A stretch of DNA of 64,000 bases. It comes from Theionarchaea archaeon. GTDB taxonomy: Archaea > Methanobacteriota_B > Thermococci > Methanofastidiosales > SZ-28-30. The notes under the pieces are model-generated. The model saw only the letters and a list, made by a program, of their open reading frames with translations, was not told the DNA's origin and did not search any database. Position 1 is the first letter of the stretch. Every line of letters starts with the position of its first letter. The translations under genes and the position numbers were made by a program. Where the stretch lies: the NCBI GenBank assembly GCA_018992685.1, contig JACVGT010000025.1:1-64000 (forward strand), written 5' to 3'. Of the stretch, positions 8,481 to 19,129 are shown one piece after another.

Positions 8481-10727
8481 CTACACGGGAGTGTATGTAT
8501 CCTCCACTGTGGAAACTCCCTGATCAAAGTCCTGAGAGACCTTGTGCACTCTGAATACCTTGGCTGTCCCACAGTCTTTCACCAGCTCAAAATAGTGCAG
8601 TCCCTCTCCATTGAAGAAGAACATCCTGGTGAGCATACATTCCAGATCTTCCTGTTTTATCAGAAACACTTGGTTGGGCATGTCTTCCCATGTTTTCAGG
8701 ACTTCAAAGTACTGTATGCTTTCGGGGGGCACAAAAATCACGCCAAATTCTCCATTCTCTCTTCTCAGGAAATTCATGACTCCATCCTTCAGGAACAGAG
8801 TTCCCATGGTTGGTACATAGCCTGCATTCTGGTCAATAATGTAACTGTGGTAGTTCTCACCCTCTTTTATGACAGAAAAAGCAATACTCTGGTCCCCATA
8901 AATATAGTCAGTGCCGACATAGAGCTTTCGAGCGCCCTGTATCCACATCGGGCTGTACAGTCGTCCTTCACCTTCTCCTGTCACATAATTCCATCTGCCA
9001 AAGTAAGACAGCCAGTAGAAGGTCAAAACTGTCCATTCACTGATGAGGAGATATGCATCATCCTCTACAAATCCGGACATTTCTCTTGTGACAGGACGGG
9101 TCTTTGTCTCAGGGAATTCTCTCAGTGCTCTGACTTCGGATGCATTGTCAAACCCGAATATCTCCTTTACTGCAATTTCCTCATCTGTTGTCTCCATCAC
9201 CTTTCCTAGCTTGACAAGCCTCCACCAGATATCATAATGTGATCCGTTCATCACTGTTTTCCGCTCAGCGATTGATTCGATCCAGTATCCTGAATCCCAT
9301 CCCGAGATTACCACGGCGTCTTCAGGAGTGTTGTCTCTGATCCAGGTCAGTGCTTCCCACAGATTGCCATCCATGACTGATTGCGCCTGACAGGCATCTG
9401 AAGCTCCCAGATAACAGGGGACAACACTTAGTGCACATACAAATCCTGCCGCCCACATTCCTCTGGTCGTGACACGTGTTCCGAGGATCTCAGGCAATCT
9501 TCCGAAGAAAATGCCACCTGCCAGAACGAGGGGTACAGCAAAGAGCATGAGATATCGTCCGCCCATCAGGAGCAGTGCACCGGTACCAACTAAATACAGC
9601 CCGAGATATCCCAGAGTGAACAAGGAGAATCGATCCCGTTTCCACAGGAGAAACACTATACCCAAGGGGGCAATAAGCAGAATTGCGCTGAGCAATTGAG
9701 TCGCACTGGAAAATGTGACATCGAATCTCTGCACGATAGAAACAGAAACATCAGGCATCATGATTCCGGACGTTCCAGATTGAGACTGACCCGAGACGGT
9801 ATTCAGTACCAGGATTGCTCTTTGAGTCACTTTTTCTGACTGTAGGGTGATCGCAGTTACTGCAACCTCAGCCAGACCCACTAGAGGAATCACAATTTTC
9901 TCCACGCGTGAAATTCCTGCCCTGGAAGAGAGTGCCCATCCTACTGCCAGGAGTCCAAGAATGCCTACTACTACATACTGTTCTTTATAAAGTGCAAAAG
10001 GAACAATAAATGAAAAAAGAGTGACCACAGCGGCCAGGATCATGTTCCTGTCAAAATTCCTCTTTGCAGCATCGATTAGAAACAGCAGGCAGAAGGCGCC
10101 CCACACCAGTATGAAGAGGTGCCAGTGACCTGTCCAGGTAAGTGAGAACAGAAATAGAGAAAATCCCAATAGAAAAGGGTAGATTACACTTTCTCTGGTC
10201 TTTTCGCTCTTGATGCTCTTGAAGAAGAAGTATGTAACAGCAAAAGAAAACATGACAATCCAAATATCAGTATCTGTGTAGCCAATGACGGTGCGGGAAG
10301 CTATCGACCCATTTACTGCCATGAACAATGCTGTAAACAGCCCACCCACCTCGTTTGTCAGGGTTCTACCTGCCAAGTACGCAAAGACGATAGCAAGTAT
10401 TACTGGGATGACATTTGCGTACACAGTCCACTGAAAGAGTGAAACATCAGAAACCGAGCGCACCACGAGATATGAGAATGCCAAATAATAGTGGAACAAC
10501 GGAGGATGCCTCACAGGTGCACCAGTGGGATACGCTGCCATGGCATCCCATTGAGGACGAGACCCTTCTTCAAGAATGGTGTCTGCCATCCTGTAGTGGT
10601 AGTAGGGATCAAAAGCCAAGAGATAGTCTCCTTCCTCCCTAATGTAATAGCTTCTGACATACAGGCCAAGGCCAATGACCGCAAGCAACGCAATAATAAT
10701 GATGAGAGTACGACGATTTAGAGGCAT
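8481..10727 (-). CDS. aglB: STT3/AglB-family oligosaccharyltransferase homolog
   Basis: FDPYYH, YPTG, GYTDTD, about 13 TM segments, W.EAL.WIR.NTPEDAVVIS followed by the variant motif GWDSGYWI. Confidence 0.85.
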   Translation of the reverse strand: MPLNRRTLIIIIALLAVIGLGLYVRSYYIREEGDYLLAFDPYYHYRMADTILEEGSRPQWDAMAAYPTGAPVRHPPLFHYYLAFSYLVVRSVSDVSLFQWTVYANVIPVILAIVFAYLAGRTLTNEVGGLFTALFMAVNGSIASRTVIGYTDTDIWIVMFSFAVTYFFFKSIKSEKTRESVIYPFLLGFSLFLFSLTWTGHWHLFILVWGAFCLLFLIDAAKRNFDRNMILAAVVTLFSFIVPFALYKEQYVVVGILGLLAVGWALSSRAGISRVEKIVIPLVGLAEVAVTAITLQSEKVTQRAILVLNTVSGQSQSGTSGIMMPDVSVSIVQRFDVTFSSATQLLSAILLIAPLGIVFLLWKRDRFSLFTLGYLGLYLVGTGALLLMGGRYLMLFAVPLVLAGGIFFGRLPEILGTRVTTRGMWAAGFVCALSVVPCYLGASDACQAQSVMDGNLWEALTWIRDNTPEDAVVISGWDSGYWIESIAERKTVMNGSHYDIWWRLVKLGKVMETTDEEIAVKEIFGFDNASEVRALREFPETKTRPVTREMSGFVEDDAYLLISEWTVLTFYWLSYFGRWNYVTGEGEGRLYSPMWIQGARKLYVGTDYIYGDQSIAFSVIKEGENYHSYIIDQNAGYVPTMGTLFLKDGVMNFLRRENGEFGVIFVPPESIQYFEVLKTWEDMPNQVFLIKQEDLECMLTRMFFFNGEGLHYFELVKDCGTAKVFRVHKVSQDFDQGVSTVEDTYTPV

Positions 10728-11082
10728 ATTGCTTTGTGGTTTCGTGCGCTTTTAAAGGTTTGTGGCAATAACTCAGCCAGGAGGCTAGGAGAACGGGGCC
10801 TTTCAAAGGTTCAAAAGTGGCTGTGAACATATTCCAGCTTTAAAAGAATACTCTTCTCGCCTGCGTACTCAAATACCGGGTGAAAGGGCTTCATGATATC
10901 TGTGCTGGTCGGCCAAAACCTTATAAAGAATGAGCATTTCACACCTTCATGCACCATGTTTTCTGCCGAAAGAGAATCAAACTCCCGGCCCTCAAAGTTG
11001 TGGGTGGATATCATCGTCCCTCTGTACAAGAGAGCAGGGAACCATGTACTGAAGCAGAATGTCCTAGGAGGGGGGGTCTACC

Positions 11083-11250
11083 ATGAAAAAGAAGCTCAAG
11101 AACTGTGAAAACTGTGGACGGGAATTTGACATAAAGGAACAGAACAGAATAGTCCTGGAGGGGTGGCGTGATGAGAAGCACTTGTCCCGTCTCTACTTTT
11201 GCAGCAAGAGCTGTTTTGTAACGTTTCTGAAAACCAAGAAATTTGTGTGA
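11083..11250 (+). CDS. Small zinc-binding protein (TRASH/YHS-like, 55 aa), absent from the ORF track
   Basis: GGAGGGGGG SD followed by MKKKLKNCENCGREFDIKEQNRIVLEGWRDEKHLSRLYFCSKSCFVTFLKTKKFV; CxxC...FCSxxC motif. Confidence 0.75.
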   Translation: MKKKLKNCENCGREFDIKEQNRIVLEGWRDEKHLSRLYFCSKSCFVTFLKTKKFV

Positions 11251-11257
11251 ACCGTGC

Positions 11258-11295
11258 CTCTGATTTGTATTTGCTCTGATTTGTATTTGCTCTGA
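11258..11295. repeat. 16-bp tandem repeat (CTCTGATTTGTATTTG x2.4) between convergent genes
   Basis: Read directly from the sequence. Confidence 0.85.
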
Positions 11296-11310
11296 ATATG
11301 TTACGTCCTT

Positions 11311-12045
11311 TCAGAGATTTCTGTCACAGAGATATCGATGGCTTCTTACGGCATCCTCATACGTATATACTTCGATAATCAGTCTCTTGTCCTTCAGTTC
11401 CTTCATGAAGTCCAGATTCGTATTCCCATCACCCAATGCCAGGTGACTGTCCCTGTCTCCGAAATTGTCATGGAGATGTACGGCAACCACGAATTCTTTC
11501 AGGTCCAGGAACTCTTCTACCGTTCGCGTGGTATTAGCGTGACCCACATCAAAGGTGATTCCCAGATACTCTGAGTCCACCGCTCTTACAAGATGTTCTA
11601 TCTCCTGAGGAGTCCTGCAGGACAGAATGGGGAACAAGGGCATGTTTTCAACTCCCAGTTTGACATTCTGGTCTTCTGCTGTTCTGGCCAGAATCTCCAG
11701 CGATTCTTTCTGGACGGCCTGCACCTTCTTCGGAAAATGCATACCCAAAGGCGAAAGATGTCCGGGATGAATGCACACGGTTTCTGCATCATACGTGACG
11801 GCCATTTCAATATTCTTAGAAATCTGGGACAGAGACTCAGACCGAATGGCTCTGTTCAATGACATGATATTCAGATCGGAAAAAGGAGCGTGGAAGCTGA
11901 TACTACATTCATAGGAGAAAAGAACCTCAAGGTTCGTGTGATTTCCCTCACAGACTACCTCAACATGAGAAAAGGTTGGTACCACAGAATCCAGAACCTC
12001 TTGAAGACTGCTCTGCAGCATACACAGAGACGAAACACCGATCAT
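11311..12045 (-). CDS. Sugar phosphate isomerase/epimerase (AP endonuclease 2 TIM barrel)
   Basis: HAPFSDLN, CIHPG, GVENMP, FDVGHAN and HLHDN...DSHL motifs. Confidence 0.9.
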   Translation of the reverse strand: MIGVSSLCMLQSSLQEVLDSVVPTFSHVEVVCEGNHTNLEVLFSYECSISFHAPFSDLNIMSLNRAIRSESLSQISKNIEMAVTYDAETVCIHPGHLSPLGMHFPKKVQAVQKESLEILARTAEDQNVKLGVENMPLFPILSCRTPQEIEHLVRAVDSEYLGITFDVGHANTTRTVEEFLDLKEFVVAVHLHDNFGDRDSHLALGDGNTNLDFMKELKDKRLIIEVYTYEDAVRSHRYLCDRNL

Positions 12046-12051
12046 GAATCC

Positions 12052-12780
12052 TCAGTCCATGGTTCTCTTAAATAGGTATGCAATAATTATTCCCAGAATC
12101 ACCAGAAAGCCCTGAGTTGCTGATTCTTTTCGGGAGGGATCTTCAGACGGTGTATCATTCACACTGTATGAGCTGGTGAACGTCTTTCCATATTCGTCTT
12201 CATATGCCACTGCGAAGGACGGTTTCTTCTCCATTGTGAATTCAGCTGTATCGCCTGGAGAGAGCACAGGCAGTGTTTCCCCTTCTACTGAAATATTGAA
12301 TATCCTGGTGATTCCCGAGTTCCTGATTTGAACTACCAGGGAGGAACCCTCAACGACATGGGTGACAGTCACTTCAGGTTCAGTTCGCCTCACTCTCACT
12401 GTCACTTCTTGCTCAAGGAAGTAGGGAACGCATCCCTCTTCACAGGCACCCACACCTCCGCCCAGCGTAATGAGGATGGGATACTCCCCTGCTTCCGTCT
12501 CCCGTGAAACCTGGAAGGTTACCTCTCCAATATCTGTCTCACCTGGATAGATTTTTTGCGAAAGAGCACATTCAGACTTCACGGGAATGAAGAAAGCTGG
12601 TGTCTGCTCAAGGCGCACGACGCTGTTCCACAGGACTTCTGCAGAATTAGGATTGTGAACAAGAACTCGCACCACCACAACCTTGTTGGGTTCTGCAGTG
12701 GCCACCTCTATGGAAATTTCAGGATTGGCCTCCTGCATGACAAGGACTAAAACAAGAAGAAGAATAGGCAGTACCCTCAT
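12052..12780 (-). CDS. Secreted Ig-like surface protein with C-terminal membrane anchor
   Basis: Signal peptide, beta-rich domains, and a C-terminal QGF-TM-KR segment. Confidence 0.7.
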   Translation of the reverse strand: MRVLPILLLVLVLVMQEANPEISIEVATAEPNKVVVVRVLVHNPNSAEVLWNSVVRLEQTPAFFIPVKSECALSQKIYPGETDIGEVTFQVSRETEAGEYPILITLGGGVGACEEGCVPYFLEQEVTVRVRRTEPEVTVTHVVEGSSLVVQIRNSGITRIFNISVEGETLPVLSPGDTAEFTMEKKPSFAVAYEDEYGKTFTSSYSVNDTPSEDPSRKESATQGFLVILGIIIAYLFKRTMD

Positions 12781-14471
12781 CTGGGACGCCTCATAAAGAT
12801 ATACACCACAAGGCCGCCAATGATCACCATGAGAAAGATATCAAGCCATGTCAGTCCTCCCCCCCCTGTTTCTCTGCTGATAATGCGTGGAAGGGTGCCG
12901 GTACCTGATTCTCCTCCTTCATCTTCTGACAGTATTTTCTTGATGAGAGCAGCCATTCGAAGTTCTTCCAGTTCTTCGTACAGCCCTCTGGCAAGCTTCA
13001 ACAGGGCGTACGCTTCTTCCACTTTTCCTTCCTGCAGAAGGTTCATTGCCTCATCAAAATACTGGGAAGCCTTGATCAACTTGATATATCTGTTGGTCTC
13101 CGTGACCATGGCATCAAAATTGCCACTAAGGTACATCTCCTTGGCCTGCTGGAACATGGTAATAGCAGTCTCAAAATCCCCACTCTTGTAAGCACCTTCT
13201 CCCTGGTCAAAGTAATTCTTGGCTGTATCCTCCATTTTGACCAGGAGTTGTTCCTGCAGTTTCTGTTCATCACCGTAGTGGTCTATGTAGTATAGGGTAA
13301 TGGCTATAACATAACTCCCCAGAGGGGGCAGTGAGGTAAAGTATCCTTGAATATCCACGGTCCGTGATTCTTCTGCCACCATTTTGTCTGCTACATAGTA
13401 CTGGGGAAGCAGTCCATCAATCGTAAACTTCTCCGGCTCTACCACGATCTTCACATTGGATATTTCTGTGGGCCCATGGTTTGTTACCTGCGCTCGTATG
13501 AGGACGGGAATACTGTAGGGGACACAGTTGTTAACGTAGCAGCTGCCCAGCTGGAGGACAAAGGTTTCTGCCTCGAATTCTGCACATTCAAAGAGCCCGG
13601 GTGTGGTTCGGGGCGTACCTGTGGTCACTGTGGTGGTGTCTGTAGCAGAGTCACTGCATTCTCTGGATGTGGATCGTGCTGTGATAATCGTAGTATCGAT
13701 AACACCCTCCTGGGCTGAGGATGGAACCTTTAAAGCAAGGATGACAGGGAAGCATTCACCGGGAGCCAGTAAATCTGTGGAAGCGACCACCCTCGTTTCA
13801 GTGGTGTCCAGGACCTTGTTGTTATTCTGATCCCAGTAGACAGTCACCTCCCAATCTTCGCTGGACTCTGTCTCGATGGTGAAGGTATCCTGCTCTGTTC
13901 CAAGGTTACAGATGCGGTGCGGGTACGTGAACGTTGTTCCGGGTTTTGCTTTTCCCGTGCTGTCAGGGATGACACACACATTGCAGGGATTTGCAAACCA
14001 GGCTTTCAATGAGACATTTGAGGGTTCTCTGAGCACTTCGAACGTGATGAACTCTGTGAGTTCAAAGGGGATAGCGTCAGGGCAGGCTTTGACTTCTCCT
14101 TTCAGAGTGATGGGAACGACGTATCTCCCTTCAGGGGCATCCTGCTTGAACCGGATGATGAACTCAAACTGGCGTGCTTCTCCAACCTCGTGGAGAGAGA
14201 ATTTATCTGACTGCCATTGGAGGAAGGTGATATACTCCAGCCCCCGGGCACTGGGATGGGACAGATCGAGGTAGACCGTACCTTCGCAGACAGTGGTGCC
14301 CCCTTGTGTTCTTTCGACATTGACAGTAAAACTCACGGTGTCTCCAGGATGAACGATCATGTGGGCAGGGGATACCGTCATTGAGGGCTTCTTTGGTTGT
14401 TCTTGTTGGTATGACGGCATGCTCCATGAAAGCATGAGTATGAGGAAGATGATGCAAATTCTGTATTTCAT
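12777..14471 (-). CDS. Surface protein with NEW3/CARDB-like Ig domains, TPR-like helices and C-terminal TM anchor
   Basis: Signal peptide; N.G...DTF.I and LLAPGE motifs; Thr-rich linker; YFDQGEGAYKSGDFETAI helices; TM plus RRPR; stop overlaps the next start. Confidence 0.75.
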   Translation of the reverse strand: MKYRICIIFLILMLSWSMPSYQQEQPKKPSMTVSPAHMIVHPGDTVSFTVNVERTQGGTTVCEGTVYLDLSHPSARGLEYITFLQWQSDKFSLHEVGEARQFEFIIRFKQDAPEGRYVVPITLKGEVKACPDAIPFELTEFITFEVLREPSNVSLKAWFANPCNVCVIPDSTGKAKPGTTFTYPHRICNLGTEQDTFTIETESSEDWEVTVYWDQNNNKVLDTTETRVVASTDLLAPGECFPVILALKVPSSAQEGVIDTTIITARSTSRECSDSATDTTTVTTGTPRTTPGLFECAEFEAETFVLQLGSCYVNNCVPYSIPVLIRAQVTNHGPTEISNVKIVVEPEKFTIDGLLPQYYVADKMVAEESRTVDIQGYFTSLPPLGSYVIAITLYYIDHYGDEQKLQEQLLVKMEDTAKNYFDQGEGAYKSGDFETAITMFQQAKEMYLSGNFDAMVTETNRYIKLIKASQYFDEAMNLLQEGKVEEAYALLKLARGLYEELEELRMAALIKKILSEDEGGESGTGTLPRIISRETGGGGLTWLDIFLMVIIGGLVVYIFMRRPR

Positions 14472-14677
14472 GATTTTGTTTAGGGGGTTCTAGTTTTTAA
14501 GGTTTTCTCATTGAAAGGCAGAGCATCCCCATTCTGGCCGTGACCCGAGTTCTGGCAAAGTTTTCGGGTGGTGAGAGACTGCGTTGATGACACCAGGATA
14601 TATGAAGATGCATAATGTAATGTACATTGCGGAGTAGGTTCACAGGGCTGGTAACAGCCTCAGGAGTACCAGATAAT

Positions 14678-15463
14678 CTACAGGTTCAGCAGAGTAGCCA
14701 GTGTTTTTCCCAGAATCTGCTGGGAATCCTCGTATGATAGTTCCAGTTCACGGAAGGCTGTCAAAGCGTCTACCAGCTGATAATGAGGATAGTTAGAACC
14801 GAAAACAACTCGATCTGCACCCATTTGCTCAACTAACCACTTTACCTGTGGTGTGTAGGGACTCCTCCTAAACATAGGAACAAGAGTGCTCAGTTCAAAA
14901 TAGATATTCTCAATGCCTGATTTCCTTTTTTCTACATATGCGTAACAATCAAGAAACTGGAATCCTCCTGTGTGGGCCAGCAGGAAGTCTGTTTCAGGGT
15001 GGCTGCTCACCAGGTGATACAGGCTCTCAGATTCTCTGGAGTTGTACGGAAAGGAGGAATGAATCAGTATAGGCATACTCAAATCTGCAGCTTTCTTGGC
15101 CAGAAGGTGCAGCGCATCACAATCACAATGAAAATCCTGCAAGACAGGATGAAGCTTGATACCTCTTAATCCCAGACTGTGGCACCTTTCAAGTTCTTGG
15201 AGTGCCTTCGTGCCTTGGGCAGGATGTACTGAACAGAACCCCACCAACCTCTCGGGCATCTCACTGATAGCAGCAGCAACGGCAGAATTACTGTCTTCTG
15301 TGAGGGCCATTCCTTCCTGAGAGGTAACTGCAAAGACAACTGCCATGTCAACTGCTGCAATGTCCATTTGTAACGAGAGATCATCAAGGACATCTTTATC
15401 AAGAGAGCCGTTTGAGCCAGCCAGGTGAACGTGGGCATCAAAAACATCAGGGAGAGTGTTCAT
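14678..15463 (-). CDS. Amidohydrolase family 2 protein
   Basis: DAHVH, GIKLHP, ILIHS, LAHTGG and RVVFGSNYP motifs. Confidence 0.9.
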   Translation of the reverse strand: MNTLPDVFDAHVHLAGSNGSLDKDVLDDLSLQMDIAAVDMAVVFAVTSQEGMALTEDSNSAVAAAISEMPERLVGFCSVHPAQGTKALQELERCHSLGLRGIKLHPVLQDFHCDCDALHLLAKKAADLSMPILIHSSFPYNSRESESLYHLVSSHPETDFLLAHTGGFQFLDCYAYVEKRKSGIENIYFELSTLVPMFRRSPYTPQVKWLVEQMGADRVVFGSNYPHYQLVDALTAFRELELSYEDSQQILGKTLATLLNL

Positions 15464-15704
15464 GGTTGTACTTGGTGGAACAATTTAAAAGGTTCTGCTT
15501 CCCCTGGTGAGCTGGTACCTGGGTCGAATGGTAGCCCTTCCAGAGGGGGGTGAAGTGTCTTCTCGAACAGTTTCAAGAGAAGATTCAGGTAATGCGCAGT
15601 AGAATGAATTGTTTTCTGAAACCATATTACCCTGACGGGAGGCACTTCCTGTGAAACCGAAAAGCTTATAACGCAACATCACGAAGAGCTAACGGGTGAA
15701 AGAT

Positions 15705-16076
15705 ATGTATCAGCCGGAAGAGATCAGGGACTGTGTCAAAGGAGTGGATGGGACATTCCTTATGGTGAATGGTGCACCTACTTTTTCAGACATTGATTGT
15801 GATGTAAACTACGTATACAATACTCTCCACTATTTGAGAATGTACCTGGATGAGAACTTCAGAGCCTCACGAATCTATGTTATTGGTCACAACAGTGATG
15901 CTGTATTCTATCTGGAAGGCGAATATACCATGGGTGTAAGGATTCTGAAAGGCACCAATATCCACCTGTTGCATCGCACCGTTGAAAAAATGTTTAATCA
16001 TTTGAAATTTAAATCCAGGAATGAGTCATCAAGAGAAAATAATGATCAGAGAATGAAATTCTTCCTTGCCGGTTAA
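15705..16076 (+). CDS. Hypothetical protein, possibly roadblock/LC7-like fold
   Basis: GGGTGA SD; alpha/beta pattern ending GTNIHLLHRTVEKM; the fold call is tentative. Confidence 0.55.
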   Translation: MYQPEEIRDCVKGVDGTFLMVNGAPTFSDIDCDVNYVYNTLHYLRMYLDENFRASRIYVIGHNSDAVFYLEGEYTMGVRILKGTNIHLLHRTVEKMFNHLKFKSRNESSRENNDQRMKFFLAG

Positions 16077-16122
16077 CCTTAATGCTAATCTTTCCTCCTT
16101 TCTTTTTCTTTTTTGGCTGTTT

Positions 16123-16901
16123 TTACTTGATGAGGACAACATCTGCCTTTTTTCTAACATCTAGAAATGCTGCTGCATTCCCTTGATTTTGTGAAAGAGT
16201 TGCCATACCATCAGCATCTTCGTAGAGAAGGAGCTCCCGGGATGTACGTTTCCAAAAGTCTTGACATGACGAATGCTGATTATTTCTCCTCCAATCTCTA
16301 CAGTTATTCTCTCTTTTGAAGGCACCATTCTACCAGGTATGTTGGTCTGGAGGTTACCAAATCGATCAACACGCAGCACCGTCCCCCTGATCTCTGCTTC
16401 TCCCTCTTCAGGAGAGGGTAATCGCACTACATAAAGATCATCATACATGAGAGGGCGTCCCAGCTCAGAAAGAGAAATTCCCTTTGCCAGGTATCCCGCA
16501 GCAGGTGCAAACACATCTCTCCCGTGAAAACTGGACGATACAGGATGTAGCATGTAGTGTTCGTTCTCAAGAGCAACTGCCTTTGTGAACTTGAGCCTGT
16601 CTATAGCTTCTATCAGGATCCCATTGTCAGGTCCCACCAGAAAGTCACCTCGTTCTGTCTCTACAGCAATTCCTCGCCTTTCAGTCCCAACTCCAGGGTC
16701 TACAACCGCCACATGCACGCCTACGGGAGAATACTCAACAAAATTCCTGAGCATAAGTGCTCCTTCCTCAATATCAAACGTTGATCCATTATGGCAAATA
16801 TCAACAATATCCACGCCAGGACACACTGAGAGCAGAACAGCCTTACATACTCCAACATATTCCTGATTCAATCCAAAGTCGGAGAGAAGACTTATAAACA
16901 T
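16123..16901 (-). pseudogene. DUF62 SAM hydroxide adenosyltransferase (SAM hydrolase/halogenase family) with a 1-nt frameshift near 16236
   Basis: LLSDFG, VVDPGVG, GPDNG, FHGRDVFAP and VDRFGNL motifs. Restoring one G in CCCGGG(G)AG gives the expected tail ELLLYEDADGMATLSQNQGNAAAFLDVRKKADVVLIK* ending at 16123. Confidence 0.8.
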
Positions 16902-16944
16902 ACACCAGTAAACCCACTTTACCTAATAAAGTTGAGGGTTGCTC

Positions 16945-17448
16945 ATGGAGATAAAGTCAGATTCGGAAGTATTTGAGGAAATCACAGAAGAGTACAACCG
17001 AGACCCTGAAGGCAACTGGAGAGTGACAGCATTCAGGGATGAGAAAGGCCGCTACGATCTGTATGTGGTCAAAGGTAAGAAATTCTGGCAGGTCAAGACC
17101 GAGTTCATAACACCCCACAGGTATATTGGAGTGGGAGGACGAACCACCACAAGGGAGCAGGAACCCCAATTCACCTTCGGGCTGCGTCCGTTGCCCAGAA
17201 GATACGTCAGAAAATTAGTGGAAAATGCTCAGAACGGGGAAATCTCAGAGCATCTGCTTACTAAGATCATGAAAATACCTCCCGCACCTGCCACCGAGTT
17301 CTCAGAAAAAGATCGGGTCCTCCAGGGACCAGTAACCTTCTGTCCTCTGAATGGAATTTCCCGTTCCCAGAGAGTTCTCAACACAAAACTAGCCTGCGAA
17401 CTGGACAGGTTGCTCTTCAGAGAACAGGTGGGCAGCATGTATCGTTAG
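16945..17448 (+). CDS. Hypothetical archaeal protein
   Basis: Long ORF divergent from DUF62, protein-like composition, no recognised motif. Confidence 0.7.
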   Translation: MEIKSDSEVFEEITEEYNRDPEGNWRVTAFRDEKGRYDLYVVKGKKFWQVKTEFITPHRYIGVGGRTTTREQEPQFTFGLRPLPRRYVRKLVENAQNGEISEHLLTKIMKIPPAPATEFSEKDRVLQGPVTFCPLNGISRSQRVLNTKLACELDRLLFREQVGSMYR

Positions 17449-17720
17449 AACATGGCAACGATTGAAGGGAGAAGCTGAACCAAGAGATACAGCACGAAGA
17501 TTATGATTAGGATCTCCAATACTTTTCTTGTAAAATCAAATCCTGCCCTCAGCAGTACCAGAATAATGAGGATTCCAAGTTCGTCTACTGCATCCGGAGG
17601 GACAAACCCTGCAGTGAACTCGGATACCATGTCAGCTAGGAGCTCGCAGATATCCATGACCATTTTCACGATCTGGAGGATGAATTCCGTTGTACCAAGC
17701 AAGAGCATACTAATCACCAT
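17445..17720 (-). CDS. Small membrane protein
   Basis: Two to three hydrophobic helices; TATA-like TTTATATA upstream on the minus strand. Confidence 0.6.
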   Translation of the reverse strand: MVISMLLLGTTEFILQIVKMVMDICELLADMVSEFTAGFVPPDAVDELGILIILVLLRAGFDFTRKVLEILIIIFVLYLLVQLLPSIVAMF

Positions 17721-18107
17721 GATTAAGTAATATTGGTAATCGATAGTATATAAAGCTTTCGGTTACAAGCCCGAGGAAGAGATACCAGGGAATCTTTGGG
17801 TGAAAGTTAGACTTCTTGAAAGAGATATCTGAGCAACAAAGGTGTTCAAGCCTGTATCAGTATGGTATTGAGGCAGGAAAGACATGCTATTGTTGTATTC
17901 TTTAGGAACCAGTTAAAACCCGATATATGTTCAGCATACGTGAGCAAAAGATGACAAGGTGACATATTGTAATGGTTCTAGCTCCAATATGATGATTTGC
18001 TAACACATTGGATAAGAGAGACAGATTCCAAGAAGACCGATATACATATAAGCCTGGAAGCCACATGAAACAATTGAAGCTCAATAACGAGAAGAGATGT
18101 GACCTGC

Positions 18108-18609
18108 ATGAGTTCTATGGAGATCTTGATTCCCAGTGTGCGTCTGCCAGTAACAGAAGAAATCCTCTACGACAACGTGAAAGATACCTACAGAAATGTG
18201 AAGGGGATACTGGCTCTCAAGCAGCAGTTCTATTTTTCTGTCCTCAATGCCTTCAAAGCAGTGGCTGGTTCCACGGATGAATCGATGCTGAGAATTCTTG
18301 TTGACCACTCTGATCTCAGGAATGAATTGATGGAGAGGCTTTCTCTTGCTGGAGTGACTCGATATGTACAATGCAATCTACTTGAAGAATCCTGCTGAGA
18401 ATCCTGTAAGAATCTTGCGAATTGAAAAAGAGGGCAGTGCAGCTCCTGGGTTATTCTCTGTGGGAAAGAAAGATTCATGGTTCATGAAGGAATGGCAAGA
18501 GGTTCTGGTGTATCTTGATCTGCGGTATTTTCAGAAAAGGCTTGATGCGCTACTTGAGTTTTTTGACATTCCCAAGATTGGATTTGAGAAAGCCGTGTCA
18601 TCTCTCTAG
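18108..18609 (+). pseudogene. Hypothetical protein split by a 1-nt frameshift near 18357
   Basis: ORFs 18099-18398 and 18364-18609 join into ...LSLAGV(L)DMYNAIYLKNP... if one base is removed from GTGACTCGATATG. Confidence 0.55.
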
Positions 18610-19129
18610 CTCCTACAACGGTCCAGAGTCATTTTGGAGGGTTGGTAGTCATTTTTTGCTGTCTCCATTTCTTTTTTTACTCTTACAAGGGATTGGTCAA
18701 GGCACAGACTCTAAGAGAGAATGTGTTGTCATCTTGACTGTTCCGTGTGAATGCTGTCCTCATACAAAGAATAACGCAGGAATCTCCCAGTGCCAATTAC
18801 GTATCTGATCTTCAATAGAACAGTGAATGAGCTGTTTTCAGATTACTGGGACGTCAAATTCAAAGACTACAGGAGGAGGTGAACCGTTTTTGCGCTCTGA
18901 TAGTGAGAGAATTCGTTCTTTTGAAGTAGATAGTCAACCTTTATATGAACCAGAATATACAACACTAAATCACATTCTGAACAGGAAGTCATACTGAACC
19001 GCCCGCTCATCCAGTTGTGAAATCACAAGAGGAGCAGACAGCACTGAAACATTCAAGCTGTCGAGGTACTACTACAAGCCAGCAATTCCTGTGAGTGACA
19101 GAGCTGCTCCTGAGGTGGAGAAGGAAATA

